In this document: positions 37,991 through 47,873 of the stretch, in pieces
Layout of the letters: each line of letters starts with the position of its first letter
How positions within the stretch are numbered: the first letter of the stretch is position 1
Translations under genes and position numbers: made by a program
Assembly: GCA_022703645.1 (NCBI GenBank)
Contig: JAKLDG010000001.1
Coordinates: 274,814-338,813, forward strand
Source of the DNA: Patescibacteria group bacterium
GTDB lineage: Bacteria; Patescibacteriota; JACPGU01
Length of the DNA stretch: 64,000 bases
Direction of reading: 5' to 3'
Notes under the pieces: generated by a model
Databases searched by the model: none
What the model was told of the DNA's origin: nothing
The model's input: the letters and a program-made list of their open reading frames with translations, nothing else

Positions 37991-38605
37991 ATGATAACAA
38001 TGTCAAAATTTATACTTGGGAAAAAAATTGGAATGACTTCTATAATCAACGAGGACGGCAATCTCGTTCCTGTTACTGTTATAGAGGCTGGTCCATGTGT
38101 AGTTACTCAAGTAAAGGGAGTTGAAAAAGACGGTTATAAAGCATTGCAGATTGGTATTGGTACGGAAAAAAAGCCAAATAAACCATTAACTGGTCATACA
38201 AAGAAATCTGGGGTAGCTTCCAAAACATTAAAAGAGTTCAGAATCGGTGATGATATTGAAATGAAGGAAGGCGATATAGTTGATGTTTCAATCTTTGAAA
38301 AGGGAGAAAAGGTAAAAATCGCCGGAAATATTAAAGCAAAAGGATTCCAAGGCGGAATAAAAAGATGGGGGTTCAAGAGTCATCCAGCCGGTCATGGTCA
38401 TCCGCAGCAGCGCAGAGTTGGTTCAATTGGTTCAGGATACCCACAACATGTATTCAAAGGTAAAAAAATGCCAGGCAGATGTGGCCCAGATCGCAAGACT
38501 ATTCTTGGGCTTACGATTGTCGATGTAGATGTAAAAAACAATCTTTTATTAGTTAAGGGTTCAGTCCCAGGAGTAAAAGGAAGACTGTTGGAGATAAGGG
38601 GATAA
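37991..38605 (+). CDS. rplC: 50S ribosomal protein L3
   Basis: GKKIGMTSI... Confidence 0.9.
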   Translation: MITMSKFILGKKIGMTSIINEDGNLVPVTVIEAGPCVVTQVKGVEKDGYKALQIGIGTEKKPNKPLTGHTKKSGVASKTLKEFRIGDDIEMKEGDIVDVSIFEKGEKVKIAGNIKAKGFQGGIKRWGFKSHPAGHGHPQQRRVGSIGSGYPQHVFKGKKMPGRCGPDRKTILGLTIVDVDVKNNLLLVKGSVPGVKGRLLEIRG

Positions 38606-38722
38606 TAATTTTACAATTTTCAGTTTTCAATTTTCATTGTAGGTATCGCTTCGCGATGGATTTAATTGAGAATTATAACATTGTAAAATTGATTGGAAAT
38701 TGAAAATTGATAATTGAAAATT
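38606..38722. repeat. AT-rich palindromic element (CAATTTTCAATTG family), copy 4, between rplC and rplD
   Basis: ttttacaattttcagttttcaattttcattg ... tggaaattgaaaattgataattgaaaatt. Confidence 0.7.
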
Positions 38723-38723
38723 T

Positions 38724-39428
38724 ATGAATAATATAAATGTAGTAACAACCAGCGGAGAGTCAAAAGACTCGATTAGCTTAAAAAAAGTCAAGAAGGTATC
38801 TTCTGCTATGATTTCAGCTACGGTTTTGGCGAACCTTTCAAATAAAAGAACAGCTATTGCTCATACCAAGACAAAGGGCGAAGTAAGAGGCGGCGGCAAG
38901 AAACCTTATCGCCAAAAAGGTACAGGACGTGCTCGAGCTGGTTCAAATAGATCACCTTTATGGATTGGTGGAGGAACAACATTTGGTCCTAGGAGCAACC
39001 GTAATTTTTATAAAAGAGTTAATAAAAAGCAAAAGACAGCAGTATTATTACATTTAATTAATCAAAAAGCTGAAAGTGGAAATCTTAAAATAGTAGATGA
39101 AATCAAACTTGTACAGCCAAAAACCAAAGAAATGATAAGATTTTTATCTGCTTTGGGAATTAACGATAGTGCGCTTTTGGTTATTGATGATGCTTTTTCA
39201 AATTCTCCCGAAAGCACATTTGTTTATGTTGCCGGAAGAAATATTAGCTTTTTGCATATTACTTCCCTACAAAAAGCAAGTTCATTTATGATAATGAAGC
39301 ATAAATGGCTTATTATGACAAAAAAAGCAGTAGAAGACCTGAATAATAAAGTGATAGAGAAAGTTGAAATTGAAGTAAAAAAGCCAGTAAAGAAAACGGC
39401 AAAAAAAGAAGAAGTAAAAGCAGAATAA
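38724..39428 (+). CDS. rplD: 50S ribosomal protein L4
   Basis: [20 protein letters not shown]. Confidence 0.9.
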   Translation: MNNINVVTTSGESKDSISLKKVKKVSSAMISATVLANLSNKRTAIAHTKTKGEVRGGGKKPYRQKGTGRARAGSNRSPLWIGGGTTFGPRSNRNFYKRVNKKQKTAVLLHLINQKAESGNLKIVDEIKLVQPKTKEMIRFLSALGINDSALLVIDDAFSNSPESTFVYVAGRNISFLHITSLQKASSFMIMKHKWLIMTKKAVEDLNNKVIEKVEIEVKKPVKKTAKKEEVKAE

Positions 39429-39442
39429 TTTAATATAGACGT

Positions 39443-39784
39443 ATGAAATTTGATAAGTTAATTATACATCCATTGGTTACAGAGAAATCGGCTATTGCGG
39501 AAAGCAAGGGCAAGTATTTTTTTAAAGTTGAGAAAAACTCAAACAAGATTGAGGTCAAAAAAGCGGTTGAAAAGATATTTGGAGTTAAGGTAGCGGATGT
39601 AAATATTATAAATACAAGATCAAAGACCAAAAGAAGAGGTAGAATATTCGGGACAGTCGGCGGTTTCAAAAAAGCGTTAGTAACCTTGAAAAAAGGTCAA
39701 TCAATCAAATTACGCGAAGAGAAGAAGGAAGAGAAGAAGGCGAAGACGAAAGTTAAAGAGGAAAAAGCAGAAACAAAAGAGTAA
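39443..39784 (+). CDS. rplW: 50S ribosomal protein L23
   Basis: LIIHPLVTEKS. Confidence 0.9.
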   Translation: MKFDKLIIHPLVTEKSAIAESKGKYFFKVEKNSNKIEVKKAVEKIFGVKVADVNIINTRSKTKRRGRIFGTVGGFKKALVTLKKGQSIKLREEKKEEKKAKTKVKEEKAETKE

Positions 39785-39900
39785 ATATCCAATATTCAAT
39801 AACCAATACTCAATCAATACCCAATATGAAGAAATACCCAATTGAATTGCGAATTGAAAATTGATTGGAAATTGAGAATTGGTCATTGGGTATTATAACG
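39785..39900. repeat. AT-rich palindromic element (CAAT-word family variant), copy 5, between rplW and rplB
   Basis: Left arm ccaatattcaataaccaatactcaatcaatacccaat; right arm caattgaattgcgaattgaaaattgattggaaattgagaattggtcattggg. Confidence 0.6.
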
Positions 39901-39953
39901 GTTTAAATAACAAAAGATAATAGTTCAGTTAGAATAATTTAAGTCAAAACGAT

Positions 39954-40793
39954 ATGGCAGTTAAACACCAAAAACCTACAACCCCCGGACGAAGGCAAAT
40001 GATAATTGCTGATTTTTCGCATTTGACAAAGAAAAAACCAGAAAAAGCGCTATTATCAAAGAGAAAACAAAACGCCGGACGCGGTCATGGTGGTCAGATT
40101 ACGGTAAGACATCGCGGCGGCGGAGCAAAAAGAAAGCTCAGAACAATAGACTGGAAGCAAGATAAGATGAATGTTTCGGGACGCGTTGCTGCGCTTGAGT
40201 ATGATCCAGGCAGAACCGCATATATAATGTTGGTTAATTATAAAGATGGCGATAAGAGATACTTGCTTGCGCCAGAAGGAATCAAAGTAGGTGATGAGGT
40301 TGTTTCTTCGCCAAAAGCTCCAATAAAAACTGGAAATAGAGCAAAATTGGGTCATATACCAACTGGAATTCCGATTTTTAACATAGAATTAAGTATTGGT
40401 AAAGGCGGACAGATCATTCGAAGCGCTGGCGGTAAGGCATTAATAATGGCAAAAGAAGGCGATTGGGTTACTGTAAAACTGCCATCATCAGAAATACGAA
40501 AAATCCACAAAAACTGTTTTGCAACAATTGGTTCAGTCAGCAATACAGAACATAACCTGATATCTATTGGTAAGGCGGGAAGAAATAGATGGAAAGGTAT
40601 CCGACCAACAGTAAGAGGATCTGTAATGAACCCGGTTGATCACCCACACGGTGGTGGTGAAGGTAAAGCACCAGTAGGTATCAAAAAGGGTCCAAAGACT
40701 CCATGGGGCAAGAAAGCATTGGGAGTTAAGACTCGACGCAAGAAGAAATATAGTAATCAGTTTATAGTAAATAGAAGAAGTAAGAATAAATAA
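39954..40793 (+). CDS. rplB: 50S ribosomal protein L2
   Basis: HPHGGGEGK. Confidence 0.95.
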   Translation: MAVKHQKPTTPGRRQMIIADFSHLTKKKPEKALLSKRKQNAGRGHGGQITVRHRGGGAKRKLRTIDWKQDKMNVSGRVAALEYDPGRTAYIMLVNYKDGDKRYLLAPEGIKVGDEVVSSPKAPIKTGNRAKLGHIPTGIPIFNIELSIGKGGQIIRSAGGKALIMAKEGDWVTVKLPSSEIRKIHKNCFATIGSVSNTEHNLISIGKAGRNRWKGIRPTVRGSVMNPVDHPHGGGEGKAPVGIKKGPKTPWGKKALGVKTRRKKKYSNQFIVNRRSKNK

Positions 40794-40801
40794 TAAATCA
40801 T

Positions 40802-41125
40802 ATGAGCAGAAGTAGTAAGAAAGGGCCATTCGTTGACCCGAGGGTGTTAAAAAAACTTGATGGAATGAGTATCGGAGACAAAAAAGTCATCAAAACATGG
40901 CTTCGACACTGCGTTATTTCTCCAGAAATGGTTGGTTTTAATTTTGCAGTGCATAATGGCAAGGATTTTATCCCAGTTTACGCTACTGAAAATATGGTAG
41001 GGCACAGGCTTGGAGAATTTGCTCCAACGAGAAAATTCCGTGCGCATAGCGGTAAGATGGCAAAAGATCAGGCAAAAGCTGCGGTGGCAAGTACATCAGT
41101 AGCAGCTAGCAAGGATAAGAAATAA
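40802..41125 (+). CDS. rpsS: 30S ribosomal protein S19
   Basis: [11 protein letters not shown]. Confidence 0.95.
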   Translation: MSRSSKKGPFVDPRVLKKLDGMSIGDKKVIKTWLRHCVISPEMVGFNFAVHNGKDFIPVYATENMVGHRLGEFAPTRKFRAHSGKMAKDQAKAAVASTSVAASKDKK

Positions 41126-41135
41126 TTAAGAAAAA

Positions 41136-41627
41136 ATGGAAAATAAACAAGCAATTGCAAAATCTAGATATTTGAGAATAGGTCAGCGAAAAATGCTGGG
41201 TACTTGTAGTTTGGTTCGTGGTAAGGATGTTGCTGTTGCTAAAGCTATATTAATCCGGACACAAAAAAAAGCCGCAAAATTCATTTCAAAAACACTAGAT
41301 AGCGCGATTGCAAATGCAAAAAACAAGAATATGGATGCAAAATATCTTTTTATCAAAAGCATTCGAGCAGATATGGGGCCGTCAACTATGAGGCATATTC
41401 CTTGGTCACGTGGCACAGCATTACCTATAAAGAAAAGAACAGTACATTTAAGTATAATATTAGAAGAAAAGGCGCATGAAAAGAAGAAAGAAGCAAAGCC
41501 AGTAAGCACAGAAAAGGTTGTTGAGAATAAAGAAGTTAAAACAGAGGAAAAGACAGTAAAGCCGGTTAAAAAGGAAAAAGCGATAAAGACTGGCAAAGTA
41601 AAGACAAAAGTTAAAACTGCTAAATAA
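41136..41627 (+). CDS. rplV: 50S ribosomal protein L22 with a Lys-rich C-terminal extension
   Basis: L22 core plus a KKEAKPV... tail. Confidence 0.9.
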   Translation: MENKQAIAKSRYLRIGQRKMLGTCSLVRGKDVAVAKAILIRTQKKAAKFISKTLDSAIANAKNKNMDAKYLFIKSIRADMGPSTMRHIPWSRGTALPIKKRTVHLSIILEEKAHEKKKEAKPVSTEKVVENKEVKTEEKTVKPVKKEKAIKTGKVKTKVKTAK

Positions 41628-41651
41628 TAATTATCAAGTAAAAAAACACCT

Positions 41652-42284
41652 GTGGGACAAAAAGTACACCCAAAAATAATTAGAATAGGTATTTCAAGAG
41701 ACTGGTCTAGCAAATGGTTTGCTGAAAAAGACTATGCGAAGTTTTTATTGGAAGATCACAAAATCAGAAAGATGATCGCCGATAAATACAAAGCAGCAGG
41801 AGTTGCAGAAGTTGAAATCAGCCGTTCAGCAAATGACGCAAAGGTTACTATTCATACGAGTAAACCTGGTGTCTTGATTGGCAGAGGCGGCGCTGGTATT
41901 GAAGATTTGAGAAAGGCAATTGAAAAACTTACTAAAAGGAAAACGGGTGTAGTAATTCAAGAAGTAGATTTTCCGGAAGATCATGCAGTATTGGTTGCAA
42001 GAAACATTGCGGATCAAATTGAGAAAAGAATCCCATATAGACGCGCAGTAAAGAATGTTTTGGAGAACACGTATAAGACAGGTATTAGAGGTATTAGAGT
42101 CAGAGTAAGTGGGAGATTGAATGGTGCTGATATTGCCCGAAGCGAACCTTTCTCAATGGGAAAAATTCCTTTATCATCACTACGAGAAAATATCGATTAC
42201 GCGCATGTTGGAGCAAACACCACATATGGAGTAATTGGAATAAAAGTTTGGATATACAGAAGAAAAGAAGCTATTAAACAATAA
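41652..42284 (+). CDS. rpsC: 30S ribosomal protein S3
   Basis: GQKVHP... KH-domain. GTG start. Confidence 0.95.
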   Translation: MGQKVHPKIIRIGISRDWSSKWFAEKDYAKFLLEDHKIRKMIADKYKAAGVAEVEISRSANDAKVTIHTSKPGVLIGRGGAGIEDLRKAIEKLTKRKTGVVIQEVDFPEDHAVLVARNIADQIEKRIPYRRAVKNVLENTYKTGIRGIRVRVSGRLNGADIARSEPFSMGKIPLSSLRENIDYAHVGANTTYGVIGIKVWIYRRKEAIKQ

Positions 42285-42293
42285 ATACGACGT

Positions 42294-42698
42294 ATGTTAA
42301 TGCCGAAGAAAGTAAAATACAGAAGACAGTTCAGCCCAAAGATTAGAGCAGTTACGACTCGTGGAGCTACTCTTTCATTTGGCAAATACGGTTTAAAATC
42401 ACAAGAAGAAGGTTATATTACGGCACGACAAATCGAGGCGGGTAGACGCGCAATAACGAGATTTATCGCCCGTGGCGGGAAACTATGGATTCGAATATTC
42501 CCAGATAGACCAAAAACCAAGCATGCGGCAGAAGCGCCAATGGGTTCAGGAAAGGGTTCGCTAGATCATTTCGTAGCAAATGTAGAAGCAGGTAGAATAC
42601 TATTTGAGCTTGATGGAATACCGCTCGATACAGCAAAAGAAGCATTAAGACTAGCAGCTCAAAAAATGTCTGTAAAGACTAAGTTTATTCACAAATAA
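42294..42698 (+). CDS. rplP: 50S ribosomal protein L16
   Basis: MLMPKKVKYRR. Confidence 0.95.
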   Translation: MLMPKKVKYRRQFSPKIRAVTTRGATLSFGKYGLKSQEEGYITARQIEAGRRAITRFIARGGKLWIRIFPDRPKTKHAAEAPMGSGKGSLDHFVANVEAGRILFELDGIPLDTAKEALRLAAQKMSVKTKFIHK

Positions 42699-42735
42699 GC
42701 AATTAAGCAAAAAATCAAGAAAACAATAAATCAAT

Positions 42736-42957
42736 ATGAAGACAGAAGTAATTAAAGAAATTAGAGAAAAATCATTAGAACAATTATATAAAGATATCAA
42801 TTCTTTTGAAAAAGAACTGAGAGAAATTAGATTTAAAACAGTAAATCGTGAAGTAAAGGATTTTAACCAAAAAATGAAATTGAAAAAGAAAATGGCGCGC
42901 TACTGGACGGTAATTCATGAGAAAGAATACGCAAAGATAGTGGAATCAATTAAATAA
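42736..42957 (+). CDS. rpmC: 50S ribosomal protein L29
   Basis: Position and size; EIREKSLEQL. Confidence 0.85.
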   Translation: MKTEVIKEIREKSLEQLYKDINSFEKELREIRFKTVNREVKDFNQKMKLKKKMARYWTVIHEKEYAKIVESIK

Positions 42958-43049
42958 TAATTTCTCAATTAATCCCCAATTTCTCAATTTCAAAACCATT
43001 TAGAAATTAAGAAATTAGATATAATATTTAGGAATAATAATTTAAACGC

Positions 43050-43376
43050 ATGAAAGTTAGCAAACAGGGAATTATAATCAAAAAGTTAGATAACCGCACA
43101 GCCGTTGTGGAGACCTTTTTGATGAAGACGCACCCGATTTATAAGAAAAGTTTCAAGGTTATTAAAAAATATCTTGCGGATGATAAAGAGAATAAATTTA
43201 AAGTAGGTGATATTGTGATAATTAAAGAATGTCGGCCAATCAGCAAAACAAAGAGGTTTGAAGTAGTGGAAAATGTTGGTTCGGTTGGATCGGTTGAAGA
43301 AGACAAGATAGTTGGTGAAGAAGTATTAGGCGCAGAAGAACCGGTAGAAGAGGAAAAAGAACAAGAAAACAATTAA
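43050..43376 (+). CDS. rpsQ: 30S ribosomal protein S17 with an acidic C-terminal tail
   Basis: Order in the operon, and [16 protein letters not shown]. Confidence 0.9.
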   Translation: MKVSKQGIIIKKLDNRTAVVETFLMKTHPIYKKSFKVIKKYLADDKENKFKVGDIVIIKECRPISKTKRFEVVENVGSVGSVEEDKIVGEEVLGAEEPVEEEKEQENN

Positions 43377-43396
43377 ACAATAAATCAAGAAATCAA

Positions 43397-43765
43397 ATGA
43401 TACAAAATCAGACACGTTTAAAAGTAGCAGATAACACAGGTGCAAAAGAATTGTACTGTATTAAGGTGTTAGGCGGTTCCGGAGCTCGTTATGCGCGTGT
43501 TGGGGACATTACTACTTGTTCAGTTAAAGATGCAAGACCAGGCGGGGTTGTTAAGAAAAAAGAGGTTGTAAAAGCGGTTATTGTCAGACAAAAGAAAGAT
43601 ATTAAAAGAAAAGACGGAACAACAATAAGATTTGATGAAAATGCTGCAGTAATCGTTGATAAAGATGGGAATCCTCGTGGAACGCGTATTTTTGGCCCGG
43701 TTGCGAGAGAATTAAGAGATAAAGGTTTTATGAAAATAGTTTCATTAGCACCAGAAGTATTATAA
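43397..43765 (+). CDS. rplN: 50S ribosomal protein L14
   Basis: [18 protein letters not shown]. Confidence 0.95.
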   Translation: MIQNQTRLKVADNTGAKELYCIKVLGGSGARYARVGDITTCSVKDARPGGVVKKKEVVKAVIVRQKKDIKRKDGTTIRFDENAAVIVDKDGNPRGTRIFGPVARELRDKGFMKIVSLAPEVL

Positions 43766-43792
43766 TCAATTTATCAAGAAAGTAAAAAAACA

Positions 43793-44113
43793 ATGAAATT
43801 GAAAAAAGGCGACAATGTAAAAGTATTAGCAGGAAAAGACCGCGGAAAGACGGGTAAGATTGAAGCTGTCTTCCCAGATAAAGGTAAGGCGGTTGTTGCT
43901 GGTATTAATACGGCAATAAAACACCAAAAGCCAAAAAGAGGCGTGAAACAGGTTGGTAGAATTAATATTACACTTCCGATAGATTTATCAAATCTCGCTT
44001 TGGTTTGCGATAAATGCGCAAAACCGGCAAGAGTAGGTTTTAAACTTTTGGGAGATGGTAAAAAAGTTAGAATATGCAGAAGATGTAGTGAAGTATTAGG
44101 TCAAACATCATAA
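43793..44113 (+). CDS. rplX: 50S ribosomal protein L24
   Basis: KKGDNVKVLAGKDRGKTGKI (KOW motif). Confidence 0.9.
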   Translation: MKLKKGDNVKVLAGKDRGKTGKIEAVFPDKGKAVVAGINTAIKHQKPKRGVKQVGRINITLPIDLSNLALVCDKCAKPARVGFKLLGDGKKVRICRRCSEVLGQTS

Positions 44114-44214
44114 AATATCTAAATTATAATATCTAATATCTAAATAAATCTAAAATCAAAAATCCAGATTAGAAATTAGAGCTTAGGATTTAGAAATTTA
44201 AGGAAATAAATAAT

Positions 44215-44784
44215 ATGAAAAGCAAAGACAATTCACCAAGACTAAAAAAACTTTACAACGAAACCATAATTCCGGCTATGATGGCTGATTTTGGTATAAA
44301 AAATAGGATGGCGGTTCCCGCTATAAAAAAAATATCAGTTAACGTTGGCGTTGGTAAAATCGTGGTAGCTGATAGTAAGGCAATAGAACAGGTTGTAAAT
44401 AATATCAGTAAGATTACTGGTCAGCGCCCGGTTGTTACAAAGGCGAAGAAAGCCATTGCTGGCTTCAAGCTTCGAGAGGCAATGCCAGTAGGGGTTTCAG
44501 TAACACTTCGTGGCCCAAGAATGTATGAATTTCTAGACAGGTTGGTAAATATTGCTTTGCCAAGAATCCGTGATTTCCGAGGGTTAAAAACAACCAGTTT
44601 CGATCAACAGGGAAACTACTCAATTGGAATCAAAGAATATATGGTTTTCCCTGAGATTGTACAAGAAAGTAATGAAATAACTCATGGATTACAGGTAAAT
44701 ATATCACTGAGCAAGAAGAACAAAGAAATGGGCACAGCATTATTAAAGAAATTCGGCTTCCCATTCAAAGAAGATAAAAAATAA
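44215..44784 (+). CDS. rplE: 50S ribosomal protein L5
   Basis: RLKKLYNETIIPAM. Confidence 0.95.
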   Translation: MKSKDNSPRLKKLYNETIIPAMMADFGIKNRMAVPAIKKISVNVGVGKIVVADSKAIEQVVNNISKITGQRPVVTKAKKAIAGFKLREAMPVGVSVTLRGPRMYEFLDRLVNIALPRIRDFRGLKTTSFDQQGNYSIGIKEYMVFPEIVQESNEITHGLQVNISLSKKNKEMGTALLKKFGFPFKEDKK

Positions 44785-44793
44785 TAAACATTT

Positions 44794-44988
44794 ATGGCTA
44801 AAACATCGCAGATTGTAAGTACAAACAGACTAAAAAAGAAAGCGAAATATAAGACTCGCGTATATAACCGATGTGGAATTTGCGGTAGAAATGGCGGTTA
44901 CATGCGGAAGTTTGGTATTTGTAGAATTTGTTTTAGGCAAATGGCCCATAAAGGCTTAATACCGGGAGTAAAGAAAGACAGCTGGTAA
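44794..44988 (+). CDS. rpsN: 30S ribosomal protein S14 type Z (zinc-binding)
   Basis: 64 aa with CGICGR...CRICFR. Confidence 0.9.
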   Translation: MAKTSQIVSTNRLKKKAKYKTRVYNRCGICGRNGGYMRKFGICRICFRQMAHKGLIPGVKKDSW

Positions 44989-45024
44989 AAATAAATTAAA
45001 AAAACAATAAATCAATTAATCAAA

Positions 45025-45110
45025 GAAAAAATCTACACCAAGATATATAGTCGGATTTTTTCTTAAGAGGAGAAATTTCACGAAAGCTGGAGAGAATAAA
45101 ATTTACTAAT
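45025..45110 (+). promoter_or_regulatory. Conserved leader element upstream of rpsH (paralogous to 52155-52270 upstream of rpsM)
   Basis: aaaaaatctacaccaagatatatagtcggattttttcttaagaggagaaat... is about 85% identical to the rpsM leader. Confidence 0.5.
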
Positions 45111-45144
45111 TTTGTTCTCGAAAGTGAAAGTGAAATTTAGACGA

Positions 45145-45534
45145 ATGGATCCAATAGCAAATATGCTAACACAAATTAGAAACTCATTACTAGTAGGACA
45201 AAAATCCTGCCTAGTTCGCTATTCAAAAATTAAAGAAGAGATATTGAAAGCGATAAAGAGTGCTGGATATATTAAAGACTATAAGATTGAAGAAAAAAAT
45301 GACAGAAAAAATATTCGTGTTATATTAGCATATGATCATGATAACAATTCAATAATTACCAGTATTAAAAGAATTAGTAAATCAGGTAGAAGGGTTTATT
45401 GCACAAAAGATAAATTACCATATGTTTTGAGAGGTATGGGAATATTAGTGGTATCTACAAGTAAAGGAATAATGACGGATAAATCCGCAAGAAAAGAAAA
45501 TATCGGCGGTGAGATAATTTGTGAAATATACTAG
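45145..45534 (+). CDS. rpsH: 30S ribosomal protein S8
   Basis: MDPIANMLTQIRN. ATG at 45145; the ORF track started at an upstream TTG. Confidence 0.9.
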   Translation: MDPIANMLTQIRNSLLVGQKSCLVRYSKIKEEILKAIKSAGYIKDYKIEEKNDRKNIRVILAYDHDNNSIITSIKRISKSGRRVYCTKDKLPYVLRGMGILVVSTSKGIMTDKSARKENIGGEIICEIY

Positions 45535-45574
45535 ACAATTAAACAAGAAATCAATAAAACAATAAAGCAAAACT

Positions 45575-46117
45575 ATGGCGAGAATAGGTAAGAAAGCGAT
45601 ACAATTAGCAAGTGGAATAACTGCCGAAATCAATGGCGGAATTGTTAAAATAAAAGGACCAAAGGGTGAACTAACTCAAGATTTTGGTCCGATTCCAAAT
45701 ATTATATTAAATGGCAGTGAAATAACCGCAGAGAAAAAAGATAATTCGCAAGAGCAGGATGTTTTTCAAGGGACTGTCCGGGCGATTATTGCCAACATGG
45801 TTGAGGGCGTTACAAATGGATACAAGAAAACTCTTGAATTAAACGGTGTTGGTTACCGCGTAGCAAAAAAAGGAAACGATGTGGAATTTCATATTGGTTT
45901 CTCTCATCCTGTGTTATTCAAGGTTCCAGAGGGAGTTACTGTAGATATTGAGAAAAATCTTATACACGTTTCCGGGATCAATAAGCAATTAGTAGGTGAA
46001 GCAGCTGCAAATATCCGAAAACTCAAAGTTCCAGAACCATATAAAGGTAAAGGAATTAAATATATCGATGAGCATATAAGAAGAAAAGCAGGTAAAGCCG
46101 GAAAAGCAGCCAAATAG
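45575..46117 (+). CDS. rplF: 50S ribosomal protein L6
   Basis: MARIGKKAIQL. Confidence 0.95.
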   Translation: MARIGKKAIQLASGITAEINGGIVKIKGPKGELTQDFGPIPNIILNGSEITAEKKDNSQEQDVFQGTVRAIIANMVEGVTNGYKKTLELNGVGYRVAKKGNDVEFHIGFSHPVLFKVPEGVTVDIEKNLIHVSGINKQLVGEAAANIRKLKVPEPYKGKGIKYIDEHIRRKAGKAGKAAK

Positions 46118-46153
46118 TCAATTAAACAAGAAAACAATAAACCAAGAAAACAA

Positions 46154-46513
46154 ATGAAGAAAATATCAACACAAGATCAAAGAAACATTCTTAGAAAAAA
46201 TCGCGTAAAAGCCAAGATTCAACGCGGCGGAATTACTCGACCACGTTTTTGTGTTTCAAAAACCAATAAGCATATATTTTTACAGATTATTGATGATATA
46301 AAAGGTGTAACACTGGTAAGCGCATCGGATAAAGATGTGAAGGGAAAAGATAAGAAAAAAATCGATATAGCTTCAGAATTAGGAAAGATTATTGCGGCTA
46401 AAGCTATTGAGAAAAAAATTAAAAAAGTAGTTTTTGATAGAAATAAGTATAATTATCATGGTATAGTTAAATTGATTGCAGATGGAGCAAGAGAAGGAGG
46501 GCTAGAATTTTAA
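46154..46513 (+). CDS. rplR: 50S ribosomal protein L18
   Basis: Operon position, and RPRFCVSKTNKHIF. Confidence 0.9.
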   Translation: MKKISTQDQRNILRKNRVKAKIQRGGITRPRFCVSKTNKHIFLQIIDDIKGVTLVSASDKDVKGKDKKKIDIASELGKIIAAKAIEKKIKKVVFDRNKYNYHGIVKLIADGAREGGLEF

Positions 46514-46538
46514 GTAACAAAGGGGGCATGGAGGCAAT

Positions 46539-47051
46539 ATGGCAGAGGAAACTGTTAAAAAAGATAAAGGACAAGTAGGAAAATTCAAGAAGTATGTTTG
46601 GGTGGTAGTACTGATTTTGGCTGCTGTCATAATAGGATTGCTTTTTTATAAACAAAGAACAAAGATTGAGACAACAAAAGAAGTTCAGATCGAAAAAGAT
46701 TTTACGGATAACTGGCAGACTTTCAAAAGTGAGAAATACGGGATATCATTCAAATATCCAAAAAAAGAAAGTGGCTGGAGCATTACTGACTTGACTGATA
46801 CGCCATATGAAAGACCGCAGAGTAGTTTTTTAATATTACACAAAAAAGATGATGGTACGGATACTGCAGTTAGCGTTGGAATATCAGAATCAAGAAATAT
46901 TGCCATCCAAGATAAAAACTATGCCATTCAAATATCAATCCCATTTGATAAGAAAAACTATATAATTTTTTCTTCAACAACGGAGTTAACGAATGAAGAG
47001 AAAAAAGTTTTTTATAACATTCCAGTAACATTGCAAATAGGAAATAAATAG
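46539..47051 (+). CDS. Hypothetical single-pass membrane protein inserted between rplR and rpsE
   Basis: RBS aagggggcatggagg; TM helix YVWVVVLILAAVIIGLLFY; 170 aa. Confidence 0.45.
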   Translation: MAEETVKKDKGQVGKFKKYVWVVVLILAAVIIGLLFYKQRTKIETTKEVQIEKDFTDNWQTFKSEKYGISFKYPKKESGWSITDLTDTPYERPQSSFLILHKKDDGTDTAVSVGISESRNIAIQDKNYAIQISIPFDKKNYIIFSSTTELTNEEKKVFYNIPVTLQIGNK

Positions 47052-47102
47052 TTATAAAGTAGAAAGTTACAAAGTTTATAAAGTAAGATTAAAATAAGAA
47101 AA

Positions 47103-47873
47103 ATGTCAGAAAACAAACCAACGAAAGACATCAAGGATGAAAAAATAGAGGCGGAGAAAGAAGCTGAAATAGAGGCTGATATCTCCGAGGCTATTGTTAG
47201 CACTCCAATAGAGATTGTCCCTCCGCGAACAGACGCAGTGCCAACAGGCGGAGGTAGGGGCGGTCGTTTTAGTGGCGGAGCCGGCGGAGGTAAAGGCGGC
47301 GGCAGAAGACCGGGTGGACGAGGACCGCGCAGAGAAGAGAATAAAGACGGCTTCGAAGAAAAAGTAATAACAATTGACCGAGTTACACGTGTAGTAAAAG
47401 GTGGACGCAGAATGAGATTCCGCGCATTGGTTGTAGTAGGGGACAAAAAAGGCAAGGTTGGATATGGTCTTGGAAAAGGTAATGAAGTACAAATGGCTGT
47501 TGCCAAAGCTGTTTCTAGCGCCAAAAAAGACCTGATTACAGTAGAACTTGGCGATGGTACGATACCGCATGATATTATTGGCAAATCAAGAACTGCAAGA
47601 GTATTATTAAAATCAGCCAAAAAAGACCGCGGAATTATTGCTGGTGGAGCAGTGAGATCTGTATTAGAATTGGCTGGATATAGCGACATTGTAGCAAAAT
47701 CCTACGGATCAAATAATAAGATTAACAGTGTTATTGCAACTATCGACGGATTGAAACATCTTTTAAAGCGCAGAACATTTAAAGGGGAAGTAAAGAAGGC
47801 TATCGAAAAAAAGGATGAAAAGCCAGCAGAGAAAACGGCAGTAAAACCAGTCGAAAAGAAAGAGAAAAAATAA
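47103..47873 (+). CDS. rpsE: 30S ribosomal protein S5 with Gly/Arg-rich N-terminal and Lys-rich C-terminal extensions
   Basis: S5 core RVTRVVKGGRRMRF. Confidence 0.9.
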   Translation: MSENKPTKDIKDEKIEAEKEAEIEADISEAIVSTPIEIVPPRTDAVPTGGGRGGRFSGGAGGGKGGGRRPGGRGPRREENKDGFEEKVITIDRVTRVVKGGRRMRFRALVVVGDKKGKVGYGLGKGNEVQMAVAKAVSSAKKDLITVELGDGTIPHDIIGKSRTARVLLKSAKKDRGIIAGGAVRSVLELAGYSDIVAKSYGSNNKINSVIATIDGLKHLLKRRTFKGEVKKAIEKKDEKPAEKTAVKPVEKKEKK

